A stretch of 64,000 bases of DNA from Thainema sp. (GCA_052168235.1 JBQLZK010000022.1:1-64000), one strand, 5' to 3'; shown: positions 29,590 to 41,623, counted from the first letter of the stretch. Notes: a model not told the origin generated them from the sequence alone. Numbers and translations: made by a program.

Positions 29590-30890
29590 AAAATGCTTAG
29601 AGAACGCTATGAACAAATGCAGCACCAAATTTAGAAATGTGCTGCATTTTCGATGTTCGGATCTTTTTATGAAGTCTTTTTTGTATAGCAGTAGTCACAT
29701 TGATGAGGACGTTGGGAAACTCTGAAAACGTTCAAACGTTTAAACGTTGGATTTCGTAAATGACTTAACCAAAGTAGCGATGGCCATATCTGCCGCAAAC
29801 CCCGCAGAGATGATTTTGTGGCCAGGGCAACCTATCTAGCAAATTCCCTGAATGATGTCGTTACCTATCAACCAGTATCACGATCAATATCAGTATTAAG
29901 TGATAGTACTCAAGATTATTAATTTGATAAGGTATGTGAAGCAAAGGCACCTCAATTAATAACTGGGGTAGATTGAAATTCGACTCGACTTGTGAAGAGT
30001 TGAATCGTTTTTGTAGAAGCGAGTGATATGGGGCTTTTTCGTAGTAAAACCAGCCTTTTATGGATAGATTAGAGGCAGATAAGGCCTAATTGGGGACTAG
30101 ATCACACGGCAATCGTGTTTTTAGTCAGTCCAATGTCACCCTAATATCACCCACAGCGTATGGGTATTGTCACTGAAATCCCAATGTATCCGTAGTAATG
30201 TATTCATAACTCGGATTTGGTGCATCTCCAAGTCGATTGACGGTATAATTCGCCCTCTACTCAGCCAAGCCGCATTAAAGATCAAAAGATCAATAAACCC
30301 AATGGGAAAGCGCTGGGCCAATAGTGCATTGCTAAATCTTAGTGAGAGATAGTTTCTATTGGATCAGGGCAAATTAAATGAGTGTAGCTTCAAATAGCGT
30401 GTTTTCCGTATTTTCACTCCTTCCGTACTTTGGTTGTCTCACCGTGTTGATAGTTATGACTAGCTTTTTTTCTTCCTGCAAAGCGACCCCTTGCCGAGAG
30501 CAGTACCCCTCTGCCCAAACCACAGCGGCGCTGGCTCTCATCTGGAGTTGCGATCGCGTATCTGCCCACCACTGGATGCGTCGACATTAGCCAATTCGTT
30601 CGTTTGCTGAGTTGAACTAACTGATTTGACTCAGAGGCTGCAGTTCCCCGTAGAGTTTAGCTCTTGCAGCACATTACTCCGTGTATCTGAAGCAGCTTGA
30701 CATGAACTTTGCATTGGTTACATACGTCTGATAGATACGGCATTCGGTACAGCGCAAATTGTGCAAGGTGTGCATAACTTTGGGTCACTCTCACTGACCT
30801 TAGTAATGTGGGGTATCGATAAGATAAAGCTAATGCGTGAATCTACTTTTCTCATTCCCTGTTTCGATGATTTCACCATTTGACTAGGCA

Positions 30891-32321
30891 GTGCTCATGA
30901 TTGTGGATCGAGTCTTGAATGATGTGTCCCCCCATTCCTTTAACCGGCAGCGGCTAATGGGTCGAAGTTCCCGCGAGGCGCAAGAAGCTATCTATGCTTT
31001 TTTGCTGGATGCCGTCAAACACTATCCAGCCGAAGCGGTTTTAGAAGAGTTCAAGCGACTGTTTATCCAACACGTTGATACAGTCAGCTCTAATACACTG
31101 CCAGCGCTTTATGAAATCGTTTTTGCGAACGACGCAAAGGAGTTTCGCAATACCCTAAAGCGCTCTTGCTACATCTTGATTAATAACTGGGAGACCTCGC
31201 GCCAGCATAAAGCCATTCAAGATCTCGTCCTCCTGTTTCAAGATCCGCTCATTCATCGCCGAACCGTTTCACCAACCCTCAAGCGGCTCAGAAGCTGGCT
31301 GTTTGATTTTGTCCACAGCAAAGACTACGAAGATCTCAAGCTGTTTGCGGCTCGTTATTTACCGCCACAAGAGCGAGAAAAACACTGGACATCGCGCTAC
31401 ACCGCCTATTTGCTCACTTCCCAATTCGCTGATGCCGATAATCCAACGGAGCAGCGAGAAGCAGCTCGTCTGGCCGCCCAGCAGTTAAAAGATCGCTTCA
31501 AGCTGGATTTAGCTCTATACACAGCGAAGTCACAAGCAGCGAGATCGATCAGCGAGATGCCGAATAATCCGACGGGATTGGGAGAGGGAGTACTGCGATT
31601 AATCAAAACCATTGTGATGCGGCGCGGCACGTTTAGCTACGCTAATTTGGCCAATATCTTTGTGCGTCAAATTCAGGGCAGTCGCTACGAAAACTTTAAG
31701 AAGAGCCTACTGCGGTATATTCTGTTTGCCCTACCAGATGAAAATGCGGCCCTTGCCATCCGGCATCACTTAGGCCATAAGCTAGACGAACTCTACCTAG
31801 ACCATCACGATGCCGAAATTAATAATGCGCTGCTGCTGCGCACCTGTAATCGGGTCATTGAATACTTAACGACAGAAGATCGAGAGTCACCCTCTCCACT
31901 CTTCTGTATGCTGCTAGCCAACGGCAATTCGCTGCCAATCGTCAGCGTTTTACTCAAACTTATTCTGATCTGTCGTAATTCCAGAACGCATCTTGAAACA
32001 CGGATTGCTGATTTAATCCACTATTACAAAGATGAATCGGAAGAGGATTGTCGCTGGGTGATCAACTTCTTTGAGGTTTTCAACGTAACGTTCACTATCT
32101 ATACCGAAAACGTTGAGTATAGCTTGGTGAGAACCAGCGCAATTGCTTCCATTTCGGCCAACCCTATTGAGCCGTCTTCTTTAAGCCTAGATGCCTATCG
32201 AATTTTCTCTCAAATTCGTCATCAATCAATTAGTTTTGGCAACATGAGCGAGGAAGAAGCCGCGATCGCAGATGAGATCCTTGAACGCTCGTCTGACATT
32301 GATTTTCTAGAGGAAGAATAA
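30891..32321 (+). CDS. Hypothetical all-helical protein, probably conserved in cyanobacteria
   Basis: 476-aa ORF; LKRSCYILINNW and NPTGLG segments; no catalytic motif recognised. Confidence 0.75.
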   Translation: MLMIVDRVLNDVSPHSFNRQRLMGRSSREAQEAIYAFLLDAVKHYPAEAVLEEFKRLFIQHVDTVSSNTLPALYEIVFANDAKEFRNTLKRSCYILINNWETSRQHKAIQDLVLLFQDPLIHRRTVSPTLKRLRSWLFDFVHSKDYEDLKLFAARYLPPQEREKHWTSRYTAYLLTSQFADADNPTEQREAARLAAQQLKDRFKLDLALYTAKSQAARSISEMPNNPTGLGEGVLRLIKTIVMRRGTFSYANLANIFVRQIQGSRYENFKKSLLRYILFALPDENAALAIRHHLGHKLDELYLDHHDAEINNALLLRTCNRVIEYLTTEDRESPSPLFCMLLANGNSLPIVSVLLKLILICRNSRTHLETRIADLIHYYKDESEEDCRWVINFFEVFNVTFTIYTENVEYSLVRTSAIASISANPIEPSSLSLDAYRIFSQIRHQSISFGNMSEEEAAIADEILERSSDIDFLEEE

Positions 32322-32470
32322 ATTCCTGAGCGTTTTATTTCTAAATTTTTTCTAAAGCTAGTGTTTCAAGCGCTACAGCAGTTTTCTGAGGCTGCGCTAT
32401 CCTGTAAACAGCAGTGATAAAAGCTGTAATTCCTGATTTCTGGAACACCTGACGCACTTTTGAGGTTTCT

Positions 32471-32665
32471 ATGGCAAACCCCTCGACGCTCTATAGCACT
32501 TTTGAACAAGAAACTCAGGTTTGGAATAGCCTGAAGCAAGCGATCGCAGATAGTTCTGGTTTCCAACGCTGGAAGCTAGAGCAAACTCGTGATGTCCAAA
32601 ATACTAGCTTGGATATGTTGGTGAGCCGCTATCTGCGGGAAACACTGGAAACGCTAGCTTACTAG
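32471..32665 (+). CDS. Small conserved cyanobacterial protein
   Basis: WNSLKQAIADSSGFQRW...YLRETLETLAY; RBS-like GAGG upstream. Confidence 0.8.
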   Translation: MANPSTLYSTFEQETQVWNSLKQAIADSSGFQRWKLEQTRDVQNTSLDMLVSRYLRETLETLAY

Positions 32666-32781
32666 CTGATATCACTACCTCTAGGCTTGACTAGAGGTCA
32701 TATACAGAATTTGGCTCAGACTCCGGCGTTGGCGAAACGAATTTGTTGCCAACGCCCAATTTTCATGTTTGTGCAGAAACC

Positions 32782-32836
32782 TGACTTATGTTGTGTAGCA
32801 GGCGTGTGAAGCAAGCCTGTTACACAACATAAATCA
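32782..32836. terminator. Long imperfect palindrome between convergent genes
   Basis: TTATGTTGTGTAGCAGGC..GAA..GCCTGTTACACAACATAA; another hairpin GGCGTTGGC..GCCAACGCC lies just upstream. Confidence 0.55.
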
Positions 32837-32859
32837 TCAATTTTTAATTGAACTGTGTA

Positions 32860-33852
32860 TCATGACGGCTTACGGGTCACGATTGTGCGGTGGCGGGGAT
32901 CGCTGGCCACGGTAGTACAGTGAATGAAGCCCACCTGCTGTAACGCCGCCTCAACGTCAAACGTATAGTAATCATCGCTCCAGGGCTCGGTACTTTTCAT
33001 GAGCGTAAACAGCACCGGGGGCAAGTTTTGAATCACGGGTGATTTGGGATTATTATCTGCGATCGCAAGATGTCCACCTGGACGTAGCAGTCGGTGAGCT
33101 TCTCGGAAAATCGCTGTTGCTGCCTGCCGAGGTAACTCGTGCAGCACAAACTGAAGCGTAATTAAATCAAAAGACTGGTCGGGAAAATCAGTCTGTTCAG
33201 CTTTGACGTGAACCCAGTTAGTAATTTCATGATTGACATCACGGAATTTCGCTACGGCCAGCATGTAAGGGGATAAGTCCAAGCCAATTGTCCGCACTGG
33301 CGTTGACGAATAGCCACTGGACTGTTGAGCAGCATAGTAGCGATGCAGGCTGAGCGTCGAGATTCCCACTGAGCAGCCTATATCCAAAATATCGCGGGTC
33401 GGACTGGTAATTTGCTCCGCTAAAACTTGATGAAAGCTGGAGCGCAAGCGGTCATGAGCCGTTTGCCAGGTTAATTCCTCCTGTGGCCACACTCGCAGCG
33501 CCATTGAGTAGGTGGCGGATTCAGCTTCAAACGCCGCATTCCAGCACAAATTACCGTCAGCATAAGCATGAAACGGCACCTGGAAATAGTCAGGATAGTC
33601 AACCGCTGGATTAGTCATCTGGGCCAAAGTGGACTGGATGCCAGACGTTTCAAGCGCATGGTAGTTCTGTCGCCAAGGGATGCCGTGCTTCTCTGCGGTT
33701 TTAATCAAAACCTGACGCGCCTGACGCTTCATTAGCGCGTACAGGGGCTTGGTTTGAATCAGCAGATTGACGAGGCGAGACAGGATATCTTGTCCGGCCC
33801 AATCTGGTTTGAGTTTTGCTGTATCAGTCGTTTCAATACTCTTAGCAATCAT
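32860..33852 (-). CDS. Class I SAM-dependent methyltransferase
   Basis: ILDIGCSVG, GLDLSPYML and LLRPGG motifs. Confidence 0.9.
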   Translation of the reverse strand: MIAKSIETTDTAKLKPDWAGQDILSRLVNLLIQTKPLYALMKRQARQVLIKTAEKHGIPWRQNYHALETSGIQSTLAQMTNPAVDYPDYFQVPFHAYADGNLCWNAAFEAESATYSMALRVWPQEELTWQTAHDRLRSSFHQVLAEQITSPTRDILDIGCSVGISTLSLHRYYAAQQSSGYSSTPVRTIGLDLSPYMLAVAKFRDVNHEITNWVHVKAEQTDFPDQSFDLITLQFVLHELPRQAATAIFREAHRLLRPGGHLAIADNNPKSPVIQNLPPVLFTLMKSTEPWSDDYYTFDVEAALQQVGFIHCTTVASDPRHRTIVTRKPS

Positions 33853-34126
33853 AAAAAATCATAAAGCTGTATAACAAAAAGCCAGCCTAATATTCCAGCT
33901 TTACATTTTAATCAGCTACCTGTATCCCCGTATAGAACACTGTCACGTTTCGTCAGAGAGAATCGATGAGATCAGAAAAACCAAATATAGTTTGATACAG
34001 AACAGATGCGATCGCACCATCGACCATAAACCATCAACTCAAAAAGACTCAAAACGAAAAGAGAAAGGCCCGCTTCAGCAAACCTTCCCCTACTTCAATC
34101 CATTAAACTTATCGACTCCAATCAAA

Positions 34127-35455
34127 CTACTTCTTAAGCCGCAAAATCTGAGTCGTCACATCCAAACTCTCTTCATACAAAATTTCGCGTCCCCAGCGCT
34201 GCAGCTGCTGGCTCAGCAAAAACTCCGCCTTTTGATCCGATAGGGCCGTTACCTGTTCAGTCCGACAAGATTGAGCGCCGCCGCCCGCTTCCATCCGCAT
34301 GCAGCCCGTTGTCTCAGAGCAGAGAATCGTGCAGCAGTCAGCTTCCGGATTCGTTGAGGTCAATCGTAATGCCGTCAGATCGCCGGGAATCTCGCCCCAG
34401 TCTGCGGTCGGAATAGCAGCTAACTCGGCCTCAATCTCGCGACCATTTGGCGCTTCAAAGTAGATATGTTGTAAGTCGTAATCGCCGCCCGTTGTTTTGC
34501 AACGAACGGGCGTCCATTCGAGTCTGCTGGCAATCCAGCCCAAGAACATCAGAGCCTGAGCTGCGCTGCCCTTTTCATAGTCGATAGCAATTTGGTCGAT
34601 TTCCTGTAGTGCCAAGCGACGTTCCGGCGGATCAAACGCCGCAGCCGTTAATTCTTGCCAGGGAAATAGGCGGTGCCAGTTCAAATCGGCAATATAGGTT
34701 TCTTCTTCAATCAAATCGCTGATTTTGATGAACTCCGACTCTGGATCGCTGAAAAAGCTAGAATCCATGATCAAGCAATTGCAGCTTTTAGAAAGCGCCT
34801 GAAACAGTTCCTGCTCAGGATTCGGAGTTGCTTTCCACCAGACAAACTTCGGTAAGTCAGGAATCATCAGTGAACTGACCACTTCGCTCACCCGCTCTAG
34901 CGCCTGCTTCGTGCCGCGTAGCGTAATGTATTCGCAACAGATTAGGCGACTGCTAGAACCGTGGCGCTGTACTGGGCAATAGGCTGAAACCTGCGCCGTT
35001 ACTCCTTGGTCTTTTCCCATAGTGGGACAGAGGATAATAACACGACAAGGATTCTGAGCGGCAATACTGCTGCTGATGTGAAAGCCGCGGATATCTTCGT
35101 TGGTGCAAATCTGCTGGTCAGGCGGCAGTTTAACAAACTCTTGCCGCAAACGAGCGAGAGTTGTGGAATCAACCCGACCTGTAACTCGCAGATCATAGGC
35201 CATTTGGGCTTCGCGAACCGCCTGTTTAGTTTGCTCACCGTGAATGCCGTCGATCTTGCCCTGATAAAACCCCAAGATGCCCAGAAGCTGCTGAAATTCC
35301 TCGGGTTCGTAAACAACAATGCTAAATGTTGTCGCACGGGTAGCGACAGAAGCTTTTCCATCACCCTGCGATCGCCAGATTTGAGTGAGTTCTGCTTCAA
35401 TCTCGTCGAGCGAGATATCGATTGGTTTTTGGAGAGCAACAAGTGGAGTGGTCAT
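34127..35455 (-). CDS. opcA: G6PDH assembly/allosteric protein OpcA
   Basis: Directly downstream of zwf; PDLPKFVWW and DLNWHRL.PWQEL motifs. Confidence 0.95.
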   Translation of the reverse strand: MTTPLVALQKPIDISLDEIEAELTQIWRSQGDGKASVATRATTFSIVVYEPEEFQQLLGILGFYQGKIDGIHGEQTKQAVREAQMAYDLRVTGRVDSTTLARLRQEFVKLPPDQQICTNEDIRGFHISSSIAAQNPCRVIILCPTMGKDQGVTAQVSAYCPVQRHGSSSRLICCEYITLRGTKQALERVSEVVSSLMIPDLPKFVWWKATPNPEQELFQALSKSCNCLIMDSSFFSDPESEFIKISDLIEEETYIADLNWHRLFPWQELTAAAFDPPERRLALQEIDQIAIDYEKGSAAQALMFLGWIASRLEWTPVRCKTTGGDYDLQHIYFEAPNGREIEAELAAIPTADWGEIPGDLTALRLTSTNPEADCCTILCSETTGCMRMEAGGGAQSCRTEQVTALSDQKAEFLLSQQLQRWGREILYEESLDVTTQILRLKK

Positions 35456-35525
35456 AGATGTTAGTCCAGATCGTCAAGGATAAGGAGTTACGTTTCGGAG
35501 GCTGCAAAGGTCAAAAACTCTAAAC

Positions 35526-37055
35526 CTATAGTCGTCGCCAACGACGACCCTCACGATTCAACAGCATTTCAGCTTCAACAGGTCCCCAGGAACCTGCTTC
35601 ATAAAGCGGAATCGCATCGGATGAGGCGGGTGCATCCCAAATGGACAGAATGGGGGTTAAAATCCGCCAGGATGCTTCTACCTCGTCACCACGGGTAAAC
35701 AGGGTTTGATCGCCGAGCATGCAGTCTACAAGCAAGCGAGCATAGGCATCCACGTTGGCTTGTCCGAAGGCTGTATCGTAGCGGAAATCCATATCAACGG
35801 AGCGAGTGCGCAGCGAATTCCCCGGTGTTTTCACTTCGAATCGCATTGAGATTCCTTCATCTGGCTGAATCCGCATGGCCAGAATATTCGGATTGGCTTG
35901 CTTAGCCGCCGATTGAAACATCAGGTGCGGTACTTCCCGAAACTGGATCGCAATTTCTGTCACCTTTTTCGGCATTCGCTTACCTGTACGCATATAGAAG
36001 GGAACACCGCGCCAGCGCCAGTTATCAATATGCAGCTTGAGGGCTGAGTAGGTCGGTGTTGTTGATTCAGGCGTTGCGCCTTCTTCAGCGCGATAGCTGG
36101 GTACCTCTTTGCCTTTCATCCAGCCATTTGTATACTGCCCCCGAATAGCCGACAGATTTAGATCATCCAGATTCGCCAGGTGTGTGGCCTGTAAAACTTT
36201 CACTTTTTCGCTGCGGATGCTATCGGCATCCAGCGAGTTAGGCGGTTCCATCGCGGTCAGGCAAAAAAGCTGCATCAGGTGGTTTTGCACCATGTCTCGC
36301 AGCGCGCCAGCAGTTTCGTAGTAGCCAGCGCGACCTTCCAGGCCAACAGTTTCAGCTACGGTAATCTGGACATGATCGACGAACTGACGGTTCCAGAGCG
36401 GCTCAAAGATGGCGTTGGCGAAGCGGAAGACCAGCAGATTTTGTACTGTTTCTTTGCCGAGGTAGTGGTCAATCCGATAAATCTGCGATTCGTGGCAAAC
36501 CTGCTGCACAACTCGATTCAGGCTTTGAGCTGTACTTAAGTCCCGTCCAAAGGGTTTTTCAATTACCAGTCGCTGCTTGGCTGGATCATCCAACATCCCT
36601 GCATCACCAAGCTGTTGCGTTGCTTCAGCAAAGAAGCGAGGGGCAACTGACAAATAAAAGACGCGATTGCCGCGAGTCCCGCGTTCTTCGTCTAGTTCGC
36701 CCAGAAATGCCTTCAGTTTTTGGTAGCTCTCGGGCTGATCCAGGTTGCCAGAGCAGTAGAATATTCCCTTGGCAAAGGTATTCCAGATTTCCTCTGATAC
36801 AAGACCGCCGCCAAATTCTTCAATGCCTTCCCTTAGATGTTCCCGGAAGAAATCGTGACTCCAGTCCCTTCGTGCCACCCCGACAATGGTGATCTCAGGA
36901 GGCAGCTTGCGCTCTAGATACATCTGGTAAAGGGCAGGCACGAGCTTACGCTGGGTCAGATCACCAGATGCTCCATAGATCGTTAAAATTTGAGGTTCTG
37001 GGATGCGGTCTTGCTGCAAGCCAACGCGCAGCGGATTTTCAAGCAGAGTAACCAT
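35526..37055 (-). CDS. zwf: Glucose-6-phosphate 1-dehydrogenase
   Basis: GASGDL, EKPFG and RIDHYLGKE motifs; start ATG 37055 ([10 protein letters not shown]). Confidence 0.97.
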   Translation of the reverse strand: MVTLLENPLRVGLQQDRIPEPQILTIYGASGDLTQRKLVPALYQMYLERKLPPEITIVGVARRDWSHDFFREHLREGIEEFGGGLVSEEIWNTFAKGIFYCSGNLDQPESYQKLKAFLGELDEERGTRGNRVFYLSVAPRFFAEATQQLGDAGMLDDPAKQRLVIEKPFGRDLSTAQSLNRVVQQVCHESQIYRIDHYLGKETVQNLLVFRFANAIFEPLWNRQFVDHVQITVAETVGLEGRAGYYETAGALRDMVQNHLMQLFCLTAMEPPNSLDADSIRSEKVKVLQATHLANLDDLNLSAIRGQYTNGWMKGKEVPSYRAEEGATPESTTPTYSALKLHIDNWRWRGVPFYMRTGKRMPKKVTEIAIQFREVPHLMFQSAAKQANPNILAMRIQPDEGISMRFEVKTPGNSLRTRSVDMDFRYDTAFGQANVDAYARLLVDCMLGDQTLFTRGDEVEASWRILTPILSIWDAPASSDAIPLYEAGSWGPVEAEMLLNREGRRWRRL

Positions 37056-37176
37056 AAACGCAGTAACTGATAGAACAGAGGGCAAGGAGAGAGCAAGAGC
37101 AAAAAACGGAGGACGAATTGACAGACGGGGAGCCTCCCCTATTGAAGGTCAGATCCCCATCTCTAAACGTTTAGTT

Positions 37177-38325
37177 CTATACCGGAGACAAAGTGTTTAC
37201 TTTTTCTTCCAGTGATTTCATCAAAGAATCGAAGGGCTGCACGAATTTATCGATGCCTTCCTCCAGCAGCTCGTCCATGATGGCATCTAGATCAATACCT
37301 GCCTCGGCTAGCGCTGCTAGGGTGTGACGGGCTTCGTCAATGTTTTGCTCAACCCGGCTTGCTACATCGCAGTGATCGGCACAGGCTTCAATTGTATCGG
37401 GCGGCAAGGTGTTGACCGTGTCCGGCCCAACTAGCTCGTCAACGTACATCACGTCGCTGTACTCAGGATTTTTGGTGCTGGTGCTGGCCCAGAGCAGCCG
37501 CTGGACATTGGCTCCTTTTTCCTTCAGTGCCTGCCAGCGATCGCTGTTGATAATTTCCAAATAGTTTTGGTAGGCCACCTTCGCATTTGCGATCGCAACT
37601 TTACCTTTTAACTCCTGTAGCTTCGCTTTTTGGGAGAGATCGTCGATGCCCTCTAGCTTTTCGTCAATCCGATCATCCACTTTGGTGTCGATGCGGCTGA
37701 GGAAGAAGCTGGCAACAGAGGAGATTTTGCTGATGTCCTTGCCTTCGGCGGCGCGAGCTTCGAGACCGCGAATATAGGCCCAAGCCGCGTCGGTATAGCT
37801 GTCTACAGAAAAGAGCAGCGTAATGTTGACGTTGATCCCTTCTTTGATCACTTCTTCCACGGCGGCAATGCCAGCAGAGGTGCCGGGGATCTTGACCATG
37901 ACGTTGGGCCGATCGATCTCGCGATAGTAGCGCTTGGCTTCCTGAATCGATCCTGCTGTATCGCCAGCGATGGCGGGCGGTAGCTCAATGCTGACGTAGC
38001 CATCTAAGCCGTCGGTTTCGTCATAAATGGGGCGGAAAACATCGCAAGCATTGCGAATATCGGCAAATACAAGGTCTTCGTAAATTTCATCAACCGATTT
38101 GTTGGCCCGAATGCCCGCTTCGATGTCTGCGTCATAAATCGCATTACCTGCGATCGCTTTTTGAAAAATGGCCGGATTGGACGTGATCCCAGAAATTTCG
38201 CGATCGGTGATCAAAGACTTGAGTTCACCGGATTCAATCAAATCTCGTCTGAGATTGTCCATCCAAATACTCTGGCCATAGGCCCGAATTTCTTTTAGAT
38301 GATTGTTATTGGTCGCAGCAGTCAT
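37177..38325 (-). CDS. tal: Transaldolase
   Basis: GITSNPAIF, MVKIPGT, VNITLLFS and RLLWAST motifs. Confidence 0.96.
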   Translation of the reverse strand: MTAATNNNHLKEIRAYGQSIWMDNLRRDLIESGELKSLITDREISGITSNPAIFQKAIAGNAIYDADIEAGIRANKSVDEIYEDLVFADIRNACDVFRPIYDETDGLDGYVSIELPPAIAGDTAGSIQEAKRYYREIDRPNVMVKIPGTSAGIAAVEEVIKEGINVNITLLFSVDSYTDAAWAYIRGLEARAAEGKDISKISSVASFFLSRIDTKVDDRIDEKLEGIDDLSQKAKLQELKGKVAIANAKVAYQNYLEIINSDRWQALKEKGANVQRLLWASTSTKNPEYSDVMYVDELVGPDTVNTLPPDTIEACADHCDVASRVEQNIDEARHTLAALAEAGIDLDAIMDELLEEGIDKFVQPFDSLMKSLEEKVNTLSPV

Positions 38326-38449
38326 AAATAAATCAGTCTCCTGTTTGGCTTTAATACTTACAATCTGGTCAATTGCATCAAGATTGAGAAAGTGTCTTAA
38401 GGGGTAAATGCGTTAATCCGCTACGCACTGGACAGGTTCAAATGAAGGG

Positions 38450-39514
38450 CTATGGCGTAGAAGCCATTTCGCGATCGCGGCGAGCCCGGTCTTGAATAAA
38501 CGATTCCACTAGGGCGACATCTTCTTTGCTGCCCACTACAAATGGAGTCCGCATGTGGAGCTTATCGGGCGTTACGTCTAAAATCCGCTGGGTGCCTGTG
38601 CTGGCGCTTCCTCCTGCCTGTTCCATCAAGTAGGCTAATGGTGCAGTCTCGTACAGCAGTCGCAGCTTGCCTTCTGGCTTTTTAACCGTGCCGGGATAGA
38701 GAAACACGCCGCCCTGGAGCAAAATGCGATGGAAATCACCGACCAGTGCGCCGCTATAGCGGGCCGAATAGCCCTCATGACGATGAACGTAGCGAATATA
38801 GTCGCGAATCGACTCATCCCACTGCCAGAAATTACCCTCATTTACACTATAGACGGGGCCATGCTCCGGCACAGTGATATTTTCTTCAGCCAAGATAAAC
38901 TCGCCTAAACTGGGGTCAAGCACAAAGGAATGAACGCCATTACCAATGGAATAGACCAGGACGGTGCTGGGGCCGTAAAGGATATATCCAGCCGCGATTT
39001 GCTTATGTCCAGGCTGCAGCAGATCAGCGGCGTCCTGTTTCTCGTCGTTCCCCTCCTGCTGTCGAATGGCGAAAATCGAGCCAACGTTCAGGTTGATATC
39101 AACATTCGAGGAACCGTCAATTGGGTCGTAGAGCAATGTATAGCGGCCAATGGGACAGTTTTCTGGAATGTAGTAGGGATCGTCCATTTCTTCGGATGCC
39201 AGTCGGCAAACCAAACCGCTCTGTTCAAATGCGGAGATGAAAACCCGATTGGCATAGAGATCCATCTTTTTGACGGCTTCTCCCTGCACATTGGTGCCGC
39301 CTGTAAAACCCAAGGCATTTTCCACCAGCCCAGCTCGGGTCAAATGGCGTGCCACCAGTTTGCCTGCTAGCGCAATCCGATTCATCAATGCGCTCAAATC
39401 CTGGGCATCGGGGCCATAGCTCTGCAACTGCTGCAGCACATGGCGCGACAATGTAGTGCAGTCGCGATCAATCGAAAACTCCTGAGTGATGGGTTGTGCA
39501 GTAGAATCAACCAT
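38450..39514 (-). CDS. fbp: Fructose-1,6-bisphosphatase class I
   Basis: [13 protein letters not shown] and GKLRLLYE motifs. Confidence 0.96.
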   Translation of the reverse strand: MVDSTAQPITQEFSIDRDCTTLSRHVLQQLQSYGPDAQDLSALMNRIALAGKLVARHLTRAGLVENALGFTGGTNVQGEAVKKMDLYANRVFISAFEQSGLVCRLASEEMDDPYYIPENCPIGRYTLLYDPIDGSSNVDINLNVGSIFAIRQQEGNDEKQDAADLLQPGHKQIAAGYILYGPSTVLVYSIGNGVHSFVLDPSLGEFILAEENITVPEHGPVYSVNEGNFWQWDESIRDYIRYVHRHEGYSARYSGALVGDFHRILLQGGVFLYPGTVKKPEGKLRLLYETAPLAYLMEQAGGSASTGTQRILDVTPDKLHMRTPFVVGSKEDVALVESFIQDRARRDREMASTP

Positions 39515-40537
39515 ATTTTTCTCCGAAATAGTGAACAGCGGGTTGGGAGACTCAAATGTTCTGTTCGCAATCTGGCAAGGTAAACGAAAGGCTCAGCACA
39601 AAATCCCTATTCATCCCGTCTCCCTCATATTAAGAAGGCATACTCCATAAGCCAGTGAACTTTTAGATGAACTACAGAAAGCATAAATACTGAACAGGGT
39701 GGCTATGGCTGTAAGATGATGAGCCGAAAGATAATGAACCGACCAAAATCACCCTTCATCCAACGTCAAAAAACCGTGACACTAAATCTCATTGTTCAGC
39801 TCCAGAAGGAAATCAAGCCTGGTTTTCAAATCTTCTCTATCCGTCAAAAACCAGCTACAAGGGCAGTGAAATGCACGATTAAAATTTAGCTTTTCTTTAC
39901 CTCCTTTCTTCAAATTGGAGTCAAAATTCTGATAATTTCTGTGTCAGAGCAGTCCACTTTTTTATTTGTCTTGATAGGTACGATTTGAATGGCTCCGAAT
40001 AGCACATCTTTGAGGGTGAATTATTACGTTTTTCTTTTGTTTCTTTAACTATTGTATCGAAGGCAATCAGTTTGCGAATCTGCTACTCGGCAGAGTTTGA
40101 TGCAATATCAGGTTTGGCGTAAGGTTTGGTACAAACTGATGCATCTAACTCTCCAAAACATAACCTGCTATCAGCTGTAGCATGTAGCAGACCTGATGAG
40201 ACAGGAATGAGCCCATAACGAAACGGGTAAAACCATCGGCAAGTTAGTGATTAAGATTTCACGAGGAGTAACAGTTGATTAGGCTCCTAAATTAAGCTCT
40301 CATCCATCAACGTCCATTGTTTGAACTCTTGCTTTCAGTTACTTCACATTGTTAATCACAGATTCAATCAGTGTTGCTTAGACAAATTCCATCCACATTA
40401 CCAACAGAAACTGAAGATTACCTTAAGAAAAGATTCAGTTTCTAATCAGGAATTCACTGCATTGAATTCTTGGCTTGTCACCTTTTAGTTATCGCTTGCA
40501 GAAGCAGTTGTTTATTACAATTTAGGAGCACCCGGCA

Positions 40538-41623
40538 ATGGGCAACAAGAAGCGTATTGGCATCATGACAAGTGGCGGTGACTGTGCCGGTCTAAATGCA
40601 GTGATTCGTGCAGTGGTGCTGCGAGCGGTTGAAACGTATGACTGGGAGGTTGTTGGCATCTGTCGCGCTACGAATGGCTTGATGGCTCGTCCGCTGGAAG
40701 CGGTTGAGTTTAAGGATGCGCACTGTGTCAGTGGCCTGTTGACGATGGGCGGCACGATGCTGGGCACGACGAACAAAGGCAATCCGTTTGCTTTCCCTAT
40801 GCCCGATGGCACACTATGCGATCGCACTCAGGAAATTGTTGATGGTTATCACCAGCTTGGGCTGGATGCCATGATCGGCATCGGTGGAGACGGTAGCCTT
40901 TCTATTCTAAGAAAACTAGCGCAGCGAGGCGGCTGGAACCTGGTCGGTATTCCGAAAACCATCGACAACGACATTGGATTGACTGAACGCTCTATTGGCT
41001 TTGACACAGCGGTAAATATCGCAACCGAAGCGCTCGATCGCTTGCACTTTACTGCTGCCAGCCACTCCCGCGTGATGATTTTAGAAGTCATGGGCCGCGA
41101 TGCCGGACATATCGCCATCAGTGCGGGAATTGCGGGCGGCGCTGATGTGATTTTGATCCCAGAAATCCCCTATAGCCTAGACCGGATTTGCGACAAGATT
41201 CGCCACTTACAGAGCGTCGGGCAAAACTTCATGCTGATGGTGGTAGCTGAGGCCGTGCCGGACGAAAACGGTTGCCAAGTTAAAAATGTTAACAGCTTGG
41301 GACAGTCGCGCTTAGGTGGCATTGGTCAGCATCTGGCGGATCGAATCTCGGCCTGTAGTGGTGCCGAAACGCGCGTAACCGTGCTAGGACATGTTCAGCG
41401 AGGGGGAACACCTTCTCCATTAGATCGGCTGATGGCAACAACCTTTGGTGTCGCCGCCGTGGATCTGATCGCCGAAGAAAAATATGACCGGATGGTGACA
41501 TGGCAGAATCGTCAGGTGGTTAGTGTGCCAATCGAAGCTGCGATCGCACATTATCGGGCCGTCGATGCCGATGGCACCTTGGTCAAAACCGCCCGCGCCG
41601 TTGGTATTTACCTAGGAGATTAA
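40538..41623 (+). CDS. pfkA: 6-phosphofructokinase (PfkA family)
   Basis: TSGGDCAGLN, IGGDGS, PKTIDND, EVMGR and LGHVQRGG motifs. Confidence 0.95.
   Translation: MGNKKRIGIMTSGGDCAGLNAVIRAVVLRAVETYDWEVVGICRATNGLMARPLEAVEFKDAHCVSGLLTMGGTMLGTTNKGNPFAFPMPDGTLCDRTQEIVDGYHQLGLDAMIGIGGDGSLSILRKLAQRGGWNLVGIPKTIDNDIGLTERSIGFDTAVNIATEALDRLHFTAASHSRVMILEVMGRDAGHIAISAGIAGGADVILIPEIPYSLDRICDKIRHLQSVGQNFMLMVVAEAVPDENGCQVKNVNSLGQSRLGGIGQHLADRISACSGAETRVTVLGHVQRGGTPSPLDRLMATTFGVAAVDLIAEEKYDRMVTWQNRQVVSVPIEAAIAHYRAVDADGTLVKTARAVGIYLGD

Noticed and set aside
40185..40245. Hammerhead-ribozyme-like CTGATGAG...CGAAAC in the fbp-pfkA spacer
   Set aside because: Core words are present, but stems I and II do not pair and stem III is mismatched at the cleavage triplet.
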